Below are positions 35,777 to 44,505 of a stretch of DNA of 64,000 nt, piece after piece. How positions within the stretch are numbered: the stretch's first letter is position 1; the number at the start of each line of letters is the position of its first letter. Under the pieces are notes generated by a model, which was not told the origin of the DNA, searched no databases, and saw only the letters and a list, made by a program, of their open reading frames with translations. This DNA comes from Chthoniobacterales bacterium (GTDB taxonomy: Bacteria; Verrucomicrobiota; Verrucomicrobiia; Chthoniobacterales; Chthoniobacteraceae): contig JBBQZX010000001.1 of NCBI GenBank assembly GCA_038207335.1, forward strand, positions 224,001 to 288,000, given 5' to 3'. The position numbers and the translations under genes are program-made.

Positions 35777-38700
35777 ATGTCCTTCACCCTTTCCGCTCCA
35801 GCCCGTGCCGCGGGGCACAAATTCCTCGATCGATACCCCGCGCAGATGGCGCGTCGCGGCATGGGATATTTCGTCGGCGGTGCGGTGCAGGACGTGATGC
35901 CGATGAACGGCAAGGAGAGCTTCAGCGCGGTCGTGAGCGGGACGCGGAATTACAAAACGATGCTGGCTTTCGATCCGGCTGTGAAACGATGGGTGGCGCA
36001 GTGCAACTGCCCGATCGGCGTTCAGTGCAAGCACGCCTACGCGCTGATGAAAACGCTGCTCGTCGTGCCGCTCGGCGGCGAGGTCGCGGGTGAGGCGACA
36101 CCCGCCGTTCCCGTTGCGAAGCGGGTTCGCAGCGCACTCGCGCCGGCATTGACCGAGGCGCTCGGGCGTCCGCTCACGGCCGCGGAGGCGAAATTTCTCG
36201 AGACGATCGGGAGTGTTTTTGCGGAGGCGAAAGTGGCGCGCTCGATGACGGTCGGGGATTTTGAAAAGCTCGGCTTCGAGCTGTCGGGTCACTCCCGCGA
36301 TCGGGTCGCGCTGTGGCCTTATTTTCCAGACGATGAGCGCGAGTTCTGGCTCTACGTCGCGCTGCATCTCGAGGAGCTGGGGATTCACATCCCGGCTTTT
36401 CTCGTGCCGATCAGCGACCCGGAGCCGGTGCGCGAGACGGTGGAAAATTGGAAGCGCCGCCGCGAGATCGAGCGCTGGCAAAAGCTGCTGTCGCATCTGC
36501 ACGAGGACGTGCCGGTGGCGCCGCCGCGTGAGCTGGATTTGCAACTGCGTTTCGGGCCGGATCATGTCGTCATCGAGTCGAGGCGCGCGGGCGAGGTGGA
36601 GTTTGTGCCAATGAAGACGCCGCAGTTTCGCGCGCTGGAGACGATCACGCCGAGCGAATGCACGCCGGAGGCGGCGCAGCTTTGCCAGTGGCTTTCGGAG
36701 CGTGCGGAGTTCGGGCACGAGCCGGTGCTGAAGTATTTCGAGTCGGACGCGCAGAGCATCCTCGGCGAAATGCTGCGCGTGCCGTGGCTCGGGAGCCGGC
36801 TCGTCTCGCAGAATGGCGCACCTCTTGCCCGACCTGCTGAGCCCCTGCGCTGGGAACTCGCGGCGGCGGGCGATGCGGAGGATTATCGGCTGCGTCTCGT
36901 GGAGCCGGATGGCGATCCGGCGGGGCCATTCCTCGCGGTTTTTCAGGGCGCTCCGACGCTTTATCTCATGCGGCACACGGTCTGGACTGGCCCGGAGGTG
37001 GATGCCCGCGCGATCGATCCCGGCTCGGAAGCGCGCATCCCGGCGGCTGCCCTAGAGAGCGGACATGGCGTGCGTTTTCTCCGACGGATGGGCGTGGAGA
37101 TTCCACAGCGGCTTCGGGAGAAAATCCAGACGTTCGACGTCATGCCGCTCGTGCGGTGCGAAATCCAGGCGACGTGGCCGGGAGCGAAAGAGGAGACGTG
37201 CATCATCGAAGTCGTCGGCGAGTCGAGCGATGGCGGGATGAAGATGGTGCTCGCGCCGAATGGCTGGCGGCGCGTGGAGGCGAACGACGCGCAGCGCGAC
37301 ACGAATGTTTTCTACGACCGGACGCCGCTCGCATTCGTGCCGGCCGCGATGGAGCCGCTCGCGATGAAATGGGACGAGCACGCGCTGCACTGGCATTTGA
37401 AGGTGACGAAGAAGTTCGCCGATGTTTTTGCGACGTGGCTGCAATCCCTCCCGCCCGACCTGCCGCTCGACCTGCGCGGGGAGCTCGCTTCTTTTCAAAA
37501 AGCGGCCGTCGCGGGGACTGTGCGGCTGGATGTGGAGGAGGCGGGCGTCGATTGGTTCGACCTGCGCGTCGTGCTCGATGTGTCGGAAACAGAGCTGACG
37601 AAAGAGGAGCTGAAGCTTCTGATGGACGCGCGCGGCGGCTGGGTGCGGCTCGGCACGAAAGGGTGGCGGCGGCTGAAATTCAATCTCACCGATGAAGACG
37701 ACGGCCAGCTCGCACAGCTCGGCTTGAGCGTCGGCGATTTCTCCAGCGAGCCTCAGCGGCTGCACGCGCTGCAGCTCGCGCACAAGGCGGCGCGGCGCTT
37801 CCTGCCGGATGAGCAGTGCGACCGGATCGAGCGGCGCGCGGCGGAGTTGCAGGCGCGTGTGAACCCGGAAATCCCGAAGGCGATCAAGGCCGAACTGCGG
37901 CCGTATCAGCGCGATGGGTTCCACTTTCTGGCGTATCTCAGCGCGAATAATTTCGGCGGAATCCTCGCCGACGACATGGGTCTTGGCAAAACGCTGCAGA
38001 CGCTGACGTGGCTCGTTTGGCTGCGCGAACAGACCGTGGAGCCGTTGCCCGCGCTTGTCGTTTGTCCGAAAAGCGTGACCGACAACTGGCGCGCGGAGGC
38101 CGAGCGATTTGCGCCCGGCTTGCGCATCCGCGTTTGGTCCGGTGGCGATTTGTCGAAGCTCACGCGGGAAACCGGCACCGCGGATTTGCACGTGATCAAC
38201 TACGCGCAACTGCGCTCCGTCGGCGCGCCGCTGGCGAAGGCCGAATTCCTCGCGGTCATCCTCGACGAGGGGCAGTTCATCAAGAACCCGAGCTCGTCCA
38301 CGGCGCAGATCGCGCGGTCGTTGCGCGTCTCGCATCGCCTGATTTTGAGCGGCACGCCCATCGAAAACCGGCTGCTCGATTTGTGGAGTCTCATGGCATT
38401 CGCGATGCCGGGCGCGCTCGGCAGCCGCGCGCAATTCGTCAAACTCTACGACGGAAAAGAAGACCAGTTTGCACGGCGCCGGCTCTCCGCGCGCGTGCGC
38501 CCGTTCCTGCTTCGCCGGACGAAATTGCAAGTCGCCACTGACCTCCCGGATCGCATCGAGGAGGACCTTTACTGCGAACTCGAAGGCGAGCAGAAGACGC
38601 TCTACCGCGCCGAACTGAAGCGCGCGCAGCAGATGCTCTTGCGCATCAACTCGCCGAAGCAGCTTGCGCAGGATCGCTTTCACGTCCTCACGTCGCTCAT

Positions 38701-39265
38701 GCGACTGCGGCAGATTTGCTGCCATCCGCGGCTCATCAAGCACGAGTCGCGCGCGGAAAGCGCGAAGCTCGAGGCGCTCATCGACCAGCTCGAGCCGCTC
38801 ATCGACGAAGGGCAAAAGGTCCTCGTCTTCTCGCAGTTCGTCCAGATGCTCGACATCCTCAAGGCCGAGATGGAGAAGCGCAAATGGCCGCACTTTTACC
38901 TCGCCGGGCAGACGGAAAATCGCGGGCAGCTCGTGCGCGATTTCCAGTCGCAGGAGGGCGCGTCGGTGTTTCTGATTTCGCTAAAAGCGGGCGGCTTCGG
39001 GCTGAATCTGACGGCGGCGAGTTATGTCGTGCTGTTCGATCCGTGGTGGAATCCGGCGGTGGAAAATCAGGCGATCGACCGAACGCACCGCATCGGACAG
39101 ACGAATAAAGTCATCGCGTATCGGCTGCTCATCAAAGGCAGCATCGAGGAGAAAATCCGCGCGCTGCAGACGAGCAAACGCGCGCTGGCGGACGACGTGC
39201 TGGGCGAGGAGAAGTTCGCGCAGAGCCTGACGCTGAACGACCTGCGGCACCTCTTCGAGGACTGA
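35777..39265 (+). CDS. SWIM zinc finger + SNF2-family helicase
   Basis: CNCPIGVQCKH (SWIM); LRPYQ, LADDMGLGKT, DEGQ, SGTPIEN, LRQICCHP, VFSQF, SLKAGGFGLNL, WWNPAVENQAIDRTHRIGQ. Confidence 0.92.
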   Translation: MSFTLSAPARAAGHKFLDRYPAQMARRGMGYFVGGAVQDVMPMNGKESFSAVVSGTRNYKTMLAFDPAVKRWVAQCNCPIGVQCKHAYALMKTLLVVPLGGEVAGEATPAVPVAKRVRSALAPALTEALGRPLTAAEAKFLETIGSVFAEAKVARSMTVGDFEKLGFELSGHSRDRVALWPYFPDDEREFWLYVALHLEELGIHIPAFLVPISDPEPVRETVENWKRRREIERWQKLLSHLHEDVPVAPPRELDLQLRFGPDHVVIESRRAGEVEFVPMKTPQFRALETITPSECTPEAAQLCQWLSERAEFGHEPVLKYFESDAQSILGEMLRVPWLGSRLVSQNGAPLARPAEPLRWELAAAGDAEDYRLRLVEPDGDPAGPFLAVFQGAPTLYLMRHTVWTGPEVDARAIDPGSEARIPAAALESGHGVRFLRRMGVEIPQRLREKIQTFDVMPLVRCEIQATWPGAKEETCIIEVVGESSDGGMKMVLAPNGWRRVEANDAQRDTNVFYDRTPLAFVPAAMEPLAMKWDEHALHWHLKVTKKFADVFATWLQSLPPDLPLDLRGELASFQKAAVAGTVRLDVEEAGVDWFDLRVVLDVSETELTKEELKLLMDARGGWVRLGTKGWRRLKFNLTDEDDGQLAQLGLSVGDFSSEPQRLHALQLAHKAARRFLPDEQCDRIERRAAELQARVNPEIPKAIKAELRPYQRDGFHFLAYLSANNFGGILADDMGLGKTLQTLTWLVWLREQTVEPLPALVVCPKSVTDNWRAEAERFAPGLRIRVWSGGDLSKLTRETGTADLHVINYAQLRSVGAPLAKAEFLAVILDEGQFIKNPSSSTAQIARSLRVSHRLILSGTPIENRLLDLWSLMAFAMPGALGSRAQFVKLYDGKEDQFARRRLSARVRPFLLRRTKLQVATDLPDRIEEDLYCELEGEQKTLYRAELKRAQQMLLRINSPKQLAQDRFHVLTSLMRLRQICCHPRLIKHESRAESAKLEALIDQLEPLIDEGQKVLVFSQFVQMLDILKAEMEKRKWPHFYLAGQTENRGQLVRDFQSQEGASVFLISLKAGGFGLNLTAASYVVLFDPWWNPAVENQAIDRTHRIGQTNKVIAYRLLIKGSIEEKIRALQTSKRALADDVLGEEKFAQSLTLNDLRHLFED

Positions 39266-39276
39266 CGCGCTGCGGC

Positions 39277-42200
39277 TTAGTTTCCGAGGAAGCGCGCGTC
39301 CGGCGACTCCACTCGGAGCACGTCCGGCAGCGCTTTCGCGTCGAGCTCGACTGTGATCGTGTGGACGCCGGCGGCGAGGTCGGCCGTCACTTTCGGCTCG
39401 GACGCCACGGCGAGCGCCTGGCCGTCGAGCCACGCTTTGTTCACGCCGGTGAAGGTCAGGTGAATCTTGCCGCCCGCTTGGAACTGCGCGCTCGCGCTCA
39501 CCTTCTCGCTTCCCTCCAGCGACTTCACGCCCTCCGCGAGCGCCTCCCGGAGCAGCCGCCCATCGGTGAGCGTGAAGACCGGGACGGTCGGGCGCGGCTT
39601 CACCAGGTCGTTCATCCCCTTGGTTGAGAGCGTCCAGACCAGCGCTGAGTGTCCTTGACTGGCGTCGAAGCCCCCCGGCTTTCCGAGCTGCGCGAGGAAG
39701 GCGAAAAGATTCCACCTTTCCCGCTCGGGCAGCGCATCGACGAGGCCCGCGGGCATGATCGAGCCGATGTTTTGCGTCGAGGCGATGTTCGCCTTCACCA
39801 CCGATTGCTCGTTCCCGGCGGCGTCGCGTAGGAAGACCTCCGTCGCCGTTTCACGCGCCTGGATACCCGTCGCCACGGTGCCGTCCCTCAGCGTCAAAGC
39901 CACGGCGTTGTAGCCTTCCTTCACCTTCGCCGCGGGGTTCACGACGCTCTCGATGATGTAATCCAGCGGCGCGCTCGCCCCGATCGAAGTCATATCCGGC
40001 CCCACCTTTCCGCCCGCCCCTCCGATCGCGTGGCAGACCGTGCAGCCGAGCGTCGCGCGGCGATACACCAGCTCGCCGAGCACCGGGTCGCCGTCGCGTT
40101 TGGTAAAGTCGGCCATCCAGGCGACATCGCGCGGCACCTTTGCATCGGTCGCGGTCATGCCGGCGAGCGGGGCGAGCGCGACCAGCAGCTTCTCGCCGCG
40201 TTTGCCCGCCTCGCGTGAGGCGCGGATGCCGGCCTCGGCGACGGGCTTGGAAAGTGCGGGCGGCAGCTTGCCGGGCAGCGTCTCGGCGAAGCCCTTTGCC
40301 GCCAGCAGACCGCGCCACATGTCCACCAGCTCCGGGTCGAAACCCGGCAGCGCCAGCACTCCGGCGAGATGCTTCGCCGCCGCCGCAGGGTTGAGCGTCG
40401 CCAGCGTCACGAATGCCTTCCGGCGATTCATCGGCGATGCATCCTCGGCAAACGTCGAGAGGAACGGCTGCCTGCCCTTTGCCACGGCCGGGTCGAGCAG
40501 CGCCTCCACCGCGCGTGCCGCCGCCGGGCTCCCGAGCGCGCGCAGCCCCTCGCAAATCGCATCCGCCAGCGGCTCATCCCGCTCCGCCGGGCCGCTCGCC
40601 AGCTCCGTCGCCATGAAGTCCGCCATCGCGTCCAGCTTCCAGTAGCCCATCGCGCGGCACACATCGCCCAGCGCCTCGCGCTGCCCGTAGATGATGAGCT
40701 GCCACGCCTCCAGCTTCCCGTTTTTGAAAGGACTCCCCGGCCGGACTCCGCGCACCCGCGCCGCCTCGGCCAGCGCCGCCGCCATCCGCGCCGCCACCGG
40801 GCCGGGGACGCGCAACGCTGCGTCGTCGATCTCGGCGATCCCCCACCGCCCGGGGTCGCCGTCCTGATTCACCCCCGCGATGAGCCGCCGGTAAAGCTCG
40901 CCGAGTTCCTTCGGCCCGCCCGCCTTCCCGATCAGCTCGATCCACGGCCCCGAGCCATCGAGCGGCATCTTGCCGCTGGCGTAGAGCTTGGAAAAAGCGG
41001 CGCTGGCGAGCGACGGCTCGATTGCGCCGAGCCCGTAGGCGAGCTGCTTCTCGTGCCCCTCCACCTTCCACTCGCCGCTCGCGATGGCGTCGGTCCACGG
41101 CTTCGCGAGATCATTGATGGAAAGCCACGCGGCGTACTCGAGGAAAGGATCGCCCTCCGACTTCACAGCGGCATCGAGCACAAGCGCGGCGCTCTTCGCA
41201 GTCCCGATCCGGGCGAGTGCGCGGATGGCCAAGACCTTTTGGCGCGGGTCCGGATAGGCAAGGTGAGACGCATAGTCAGGTAGGGCGTCATGAGGAGTGA
41301 GCCCGCCGGTGATGAACTGCATCCGGCGCGCCTGCTCCTTCTCCCAATGATTCTCCGACTGTTCGCTCTGCGCGAGTTGAGCTGCGGTCTTCCCGCCCAG
41401 CGGCTCCCACTTCACCACCGGCGCGCCTTTCTTCACCACGCGCCAGATGCGGCCGCTGTGGTGGTCGCGGCGTGGGTCGCGGAAATCCACTTCGCCGTGA
41501 TTGATCACCGGGTTGCTCCAGTCCGCGATGTAAAGCGCGCCGTCCGGGCCGAGCTTCACGTCGATCGGGCGGAAGCTCACGTCGTTCGTGCGGATGAAAT
41601 CCGGCTGCTCCTTCGCCGCGTAACCCGCCTGCGGCTTCTCCCCCTTCGCCAGATCCTCGATCGCAAACCGCACCACGCGGTGGGCGCGGAAGTCGCAGGT
41701 GATCGCATTTCCCTGCCAGTCGGCGGGGAAGACCGGCGAGTAGATGAGCTCCAGCCCCGCGAATTTCGGATACGACCCCGGGCTGATCGGCGGCGCGATT
41801 TTCTTCCCCCCCTCGTAGGCCGGATAGACCCCGCCGGGGATCACCCACGAGATGCCCGTCGAGCCCGCGCCATCGGTGGCAAAGGACTGCCCCGCCGCAT
41901 CCATCTGATGCCCCCACGAGTTCCACCAGCCCTTGGCGAAGACCTCCAGCCGTTCGGTGCGCGGATCGTAGGCGAAGATGCCGCCGCTATTGAGCCGCAC
42001 GATGCCCCACGGCGTCTCGATGTGGCTGTGGATATAGACGCTTTGGTTGAAAAAGAGGCGTCCATCCGGCCCCCAATGCAGGGTGTGGATGATGTGGTGC
42101 GTGTCCTCCGTGCCGAAGCCGCTCAGGACGATGCGCTTTTCATCCGCGAGCCCATCGCCCGTGGTATCGGCGAAATGGAGCAACTCCGTGGATTGCCCCA

Positions 42201-44412
42201 CGTAGCAGGCGGCGCGAGGGGTGGTGGAATGCTTGTAATCAAACGGCTTGATCAGCTCCTTCATATGCTTGAGGTCGAGGGGCTCGACATTGGCGTAGGG
42301 TTCGACGACCGGAACATCGGAGAGGGAAAGCGCGGGCGATTCCTGCGCCCTTTCAGGGCGCGCGCCGTCGGGGGTGGGTGACCCCGGGCGTTGCCCGGGG
42401 CTAATATCCGCCAGCCCTCCGGGCTGAAGAGGGGCCGCGGGTTTGGCGTCTTTTCCGGGCAGCCCGGAGGGCTGTGGGATATTAGCCCCGGGTGAAACCC
42501 GGGGTTTTGAGTCGCCGGTGGCATCCGCCCCGGCAGGGGCGGGGGAGGCGGGTTGCAAATCGGGCTCGACGCCGGTGGGGACGAGGAGGCCGGCGGCGAA
42601 GACGGTGGATTTGTCGGCTTTTCCGTCGTGATCGGTGTCTTCGAGGATGAGCACCTTGTCGTTGGCCTCCTGGCCGGGGGCGATCATGGGGTAGAGCGAG
42701 GAGGAGGTGACCCAGAGCCGTCCCTGCGCGTCCCAATTCATCTGGGTCGGCTTTTCGAGGTAGGGGTTCTCGGCCCAGAGGGTGATCTCGTAGCCGTCGG
42801 CGATGGTGAACTCCGGGAGCGGACGAAGGGGTGCGGCTTCGGAGGCGGGGGGCGTGGCGGGCGTGGCGTTCCCTGCTGCTCCGGGGAGCTGGGAATTGGG
42901 GTTTCCTGTGCTTCCTGCTGCACTTCCGAGTACGGATTCGCGACTTCCCGTATCTCCTGCCGCTCCTCCGAGTACGGATTTGCGATTTCCCGTATCTCCT
43001 GCCGCTCCTCCGAGTACGGATTTGCGATTTCCCATATCTCCTGCTGCTCCTCCGAGTACGGATTTGCGATAATGAGGAGGATTGCTCACATTTCCGGGCT
43101 CGGAAATGCCTCCAACTGTCTCGTTTTGCTCATTCCCGGCTTTGGCGTCGCTTTTCCCGACACTTCCCGCCGGATTTCCGGGCGCGGGAGGCGGCTGCGC
43201 GGATGCTGCCTCTGGACTGGCAGAAACGGCCCCATTAGCATTCGTCCCCGCCGCTGCGCTGGCCGGGAGGGCTTTGAGCCGGTCGATCTCCTTTTCCGCG
43301 GCCTCGATGAGGGGGTCGTATTGCGGCATCTCGGCGGCATTGCGCCCCTGCTCGTTCTTGCGAAAGCCAAAGAGATACGTGGAATTCGCCGGCCTCCACT
43401 GGTGGAAGTAGAGGTCGTTTTTCGCGATAATGGCGGCACGGAGGGCCTGCGAGCGGGTGTTCGAGGCTTTGATTTGTGCGTCCCGCTTCAATTCGTCCCC
43501 GCCCGGTGGCTCGAAGGAGGTGAAGTCGTCGCCGCCGTGCCAATTCATTGCGCCCGACACCTTATGCATCAGATCGATGAGGTACCCTTTCTCGTTAAGA
43601 TGGATGCCGTTGGCGGTGAGGTATTGCTCCTCCGTTTTTGGCGAAAAGGGCTCGTCGGGATGGGCCGAGTAAAGATCGACAAACCGCGCCCCTCGTTCCT
43701 GCGCGAGTTCCTGGATGGCCTTGTTATATAAGGCGAGCAGGGCATTGTGCGCCGCCGGGTCGGGGAGGCCGGGGCGGGTGGCGCGGAGGTCTTCGTGCCG
43801 GATGGGGCCGAGGAGGATGAAGCGGACAGCGGTCGGGGCGGCGGCGGCGGTGGCGCCCAAGGCTTCGACGGTGGAGCCGGTGATGGGAACGAGGCTGGGG
43901 ATCTTGAGCGCGGCGGCGGGCGGAGGAGTGAGCGTGCTGGCATTCGCGGAGATGGCGTTCATGAGGTCGCCCAGTTCGCGCTTGAAGCGGGCGGGGGACA
44001 TGGGCTCGGTGCCGTAGCGGGCGGGGTCGGGGTTGAGGCTGATGTCGCCACTTTCATCCGTGATCTGCTGGAGGCTGGCGGCCATGCCGTAGCCGAGGAT
44101 GACGACCGTGGGCCGGACGGAGGCGATTTGTTCCTTCAGCCGATCCCAGCCTTTTTCGACGGGGTCGAAGCTGGCGCGGGACCAGCCGCGGGGGGTGTCG
44201 GCGCTGAAGGCGAGGTTGCGGACGGTGAAGTGGCGCGTGGGAAATTGCTCGTGGATGCGGGTCTCGAGGTATCCGTAGGTGCCTTCGCGCTCGAGGAGGG
44301 TGTCGCCGAGGAGGAGGATGCGGTCGCCGTCGAGGATGTCGAAGGGCGCGGGGTCGGCGGCGCGGAGGACGGCGGTGGTGAGGAGGAGTGCTGCGAGGAG
44401 TAGGGGACGCAT
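39277..44412 (-). CDS. PVC-type heme-binding CxxCH protein: SGNH/GDSL-like domain + putative membrane-bound dehydrogenase propeller + HEAT-like repeats + cytochrome c
   Basis: Signal peptide; LLGDTLLE and NGIHL; KPTQMNWD, LEDTDHDGKAD, GFGTEDTHH, WGPDG, FRPIDVKLGPDGALYIADW, HGEVDFRDPRRD; CTVCH...VGPDM...SIMP. Confidence 0.88.
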   Translation of the reverse strand: MRPLLLAALLLTTAVLRAADPAPFDILDGDRILLLGDTLLEREGTYGYLETRIHEQFPTRHFTVRNLAFSADTPRGWSRASFDPVEKGWDRLKEQIASVRPTVVILGYGMAASLQQITDESGDISLNPDPARYGTEPMSPARFKRELGDLMNAISANASTLTPPPAAALKIPSLVPITGSTVEALGATAAAAPTAVRFILLGPIRHEDLRATRPGLPDPAAHNALLALYNKAIQELAQERGARFVDLYSAHPDEPFSPKTEEQYLTANGIHLNEKGYLIDLMHKVSGAMNWHGGDDFTSFEPPGGDELKRDAQIKASNTRSQALRAAIIAKNDLYFHQWRPANSTYLFGFRKNEQGRNAAEMPQYDPLIEAAEKEIDRLKALPASAAAGTNANGAVSASPEAASAQPPPAPGNPAGSVGKSDAKAGNEQNETVGGISEPGNVSNPPHYRKSVLGGAAGDMGNRKSVLGGAAGDTGNRKSVLGGAAGDTGSRESVLGSAAGSTGNPNSQLPGAAGNATPATPPASEAAPLRPLPEFTIADGYEITLWAENPYLEKPTQMNWDAQGRLWVTSSSLYPMIAPGQEANDKVLILEDTDHDGKADKSTVFAAGLLVPTGVEPDLQPASPAPAGADATGDSKPRVSPGANIPQPSGLPGKDAKPAAPLQPGGLADISPGQRPGSPTPDGARPERAQESPALSLSDVPVVEPYANVEPLDLKHMKELIKPFDYKHSTTPRAACYVGQSTELLHFADTTGDGLADEKRIVLSGFGTEDTHHIIHTLHWGPDGRLFFNQSVYIHSHIETPWGIVRLNSGGIFAYDPRTERLEVFAKGWWNSWGHQMDAAGQSFATDGAGSTGISWVIPGGVYPAYEGGKKIAPPISPGSYPKFAGLELIYSPVFPADWQGNAITCDFRAHRVVRFAIEDLAKGEKPQAGYAAKEQPDFIRTNDVSFRPIDVKLGPDGALYIADWSNPVINHGEVDFRDPRRDHHSGRIWRVVKKGAPVVKWEPLGGKTAAQLAQSEQSENHWEKEQARRMQFITGGLTPHDALPDYASHLAYPDPRQKVLAIRALARIGTAKSAALVLDAAVKSEGDPFLEYAAWLSINDLAKPWTDAIASGEWKVEGHEKQLAYGLGAIEPSLASAAFSKLYASGKMPLDGSGPWIELIGKAGGPKELGELYRRLIAGVNQDGDPGRWGIAEIDDAALRVPGPVAARMAAALAEAARVRGVRPGSPFKNGKLEAWQLIIYGQREALGDVCRAMGYWKLDAMADFMATELASGPAERDEPLADAICEGLRALGSPAAARAVEALLDPAVAKGRQPFLSTFAEDASPMNRRKAFVTLATLNPAAAAKHLAGVLALPGFDPELVDMWRGLLAAKGFAETLPGKLPPALSKPVAEAGIRASREAGKRGEKLLVALAPLAGMTATDAKVPRDVAWMADFTKRDGDPVLGELVYRRATLGCTVCHAIGGAGGKVGPDMTSIGASAPLDYIIESVVNPAAKVKEGYNAVALTLRDGTVATGIQARETATEVFLRDAAGNEQSVVKANIASTQNIGSIMPAGLVDALPERERWNLFAFLAQLGKPGGFDASQGHSALVWTLSTKGMNDLVKPRPTVPVFTLTDGRLLREALAEGVKSLEGSEKVSASAQFQAGGKIHLTFTGVNKAWLDGQALAVASEPKVTADLAAGVHTITVELDAKALPDVLRVESPDARFLGN
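42345..42542. repeat. REP-like inverted doublet (REPIN/BIME-like) inside a CDS
   Basis: 42381-42426 and the reverse complement of 42460-42505 match at 40/46 nt, each with two internal hairpins; outer hairpins GCGCCCT-TTC-AGGGCGC (42345-61) and CCGCCCC-GGCA-GGGGCGG (42525-42). Confidence 0.8.
42872..43069. repeat. 42-bp tandem repeat, 4 copies plus a degenerate fifth, coding RKSVLGGAAGDTGN
   Basis: CCGAGTACGGATT recurs at 42926, 42968, 43010 and 43052 with no unique spacers. Confidence 0.95.
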
Positions 44413-44505
44413 GGTGAGGAGTGGAGCGGGTTTAGAGGCGGGTGGGAATGCTGCAGGGTGGCTATTTTGGCGGCAGGAAGCGCGGGGGCGGCGAAGGGTG
44501 CGGCG

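Noticed and set aside
35777..39265. SNF2 helicase as part of an anti-phage defence system
   Set aside because: SWIM-SNF2 architecture with host-like codon usage and no adjacent methylase, nuclease or other defence genes.
42872..43069. Possible CRISPR array
   Set aside because: Units are contiguous 42-bp repeats with no unique spacers, lie in frame in a CDS, and no cas genes are present.
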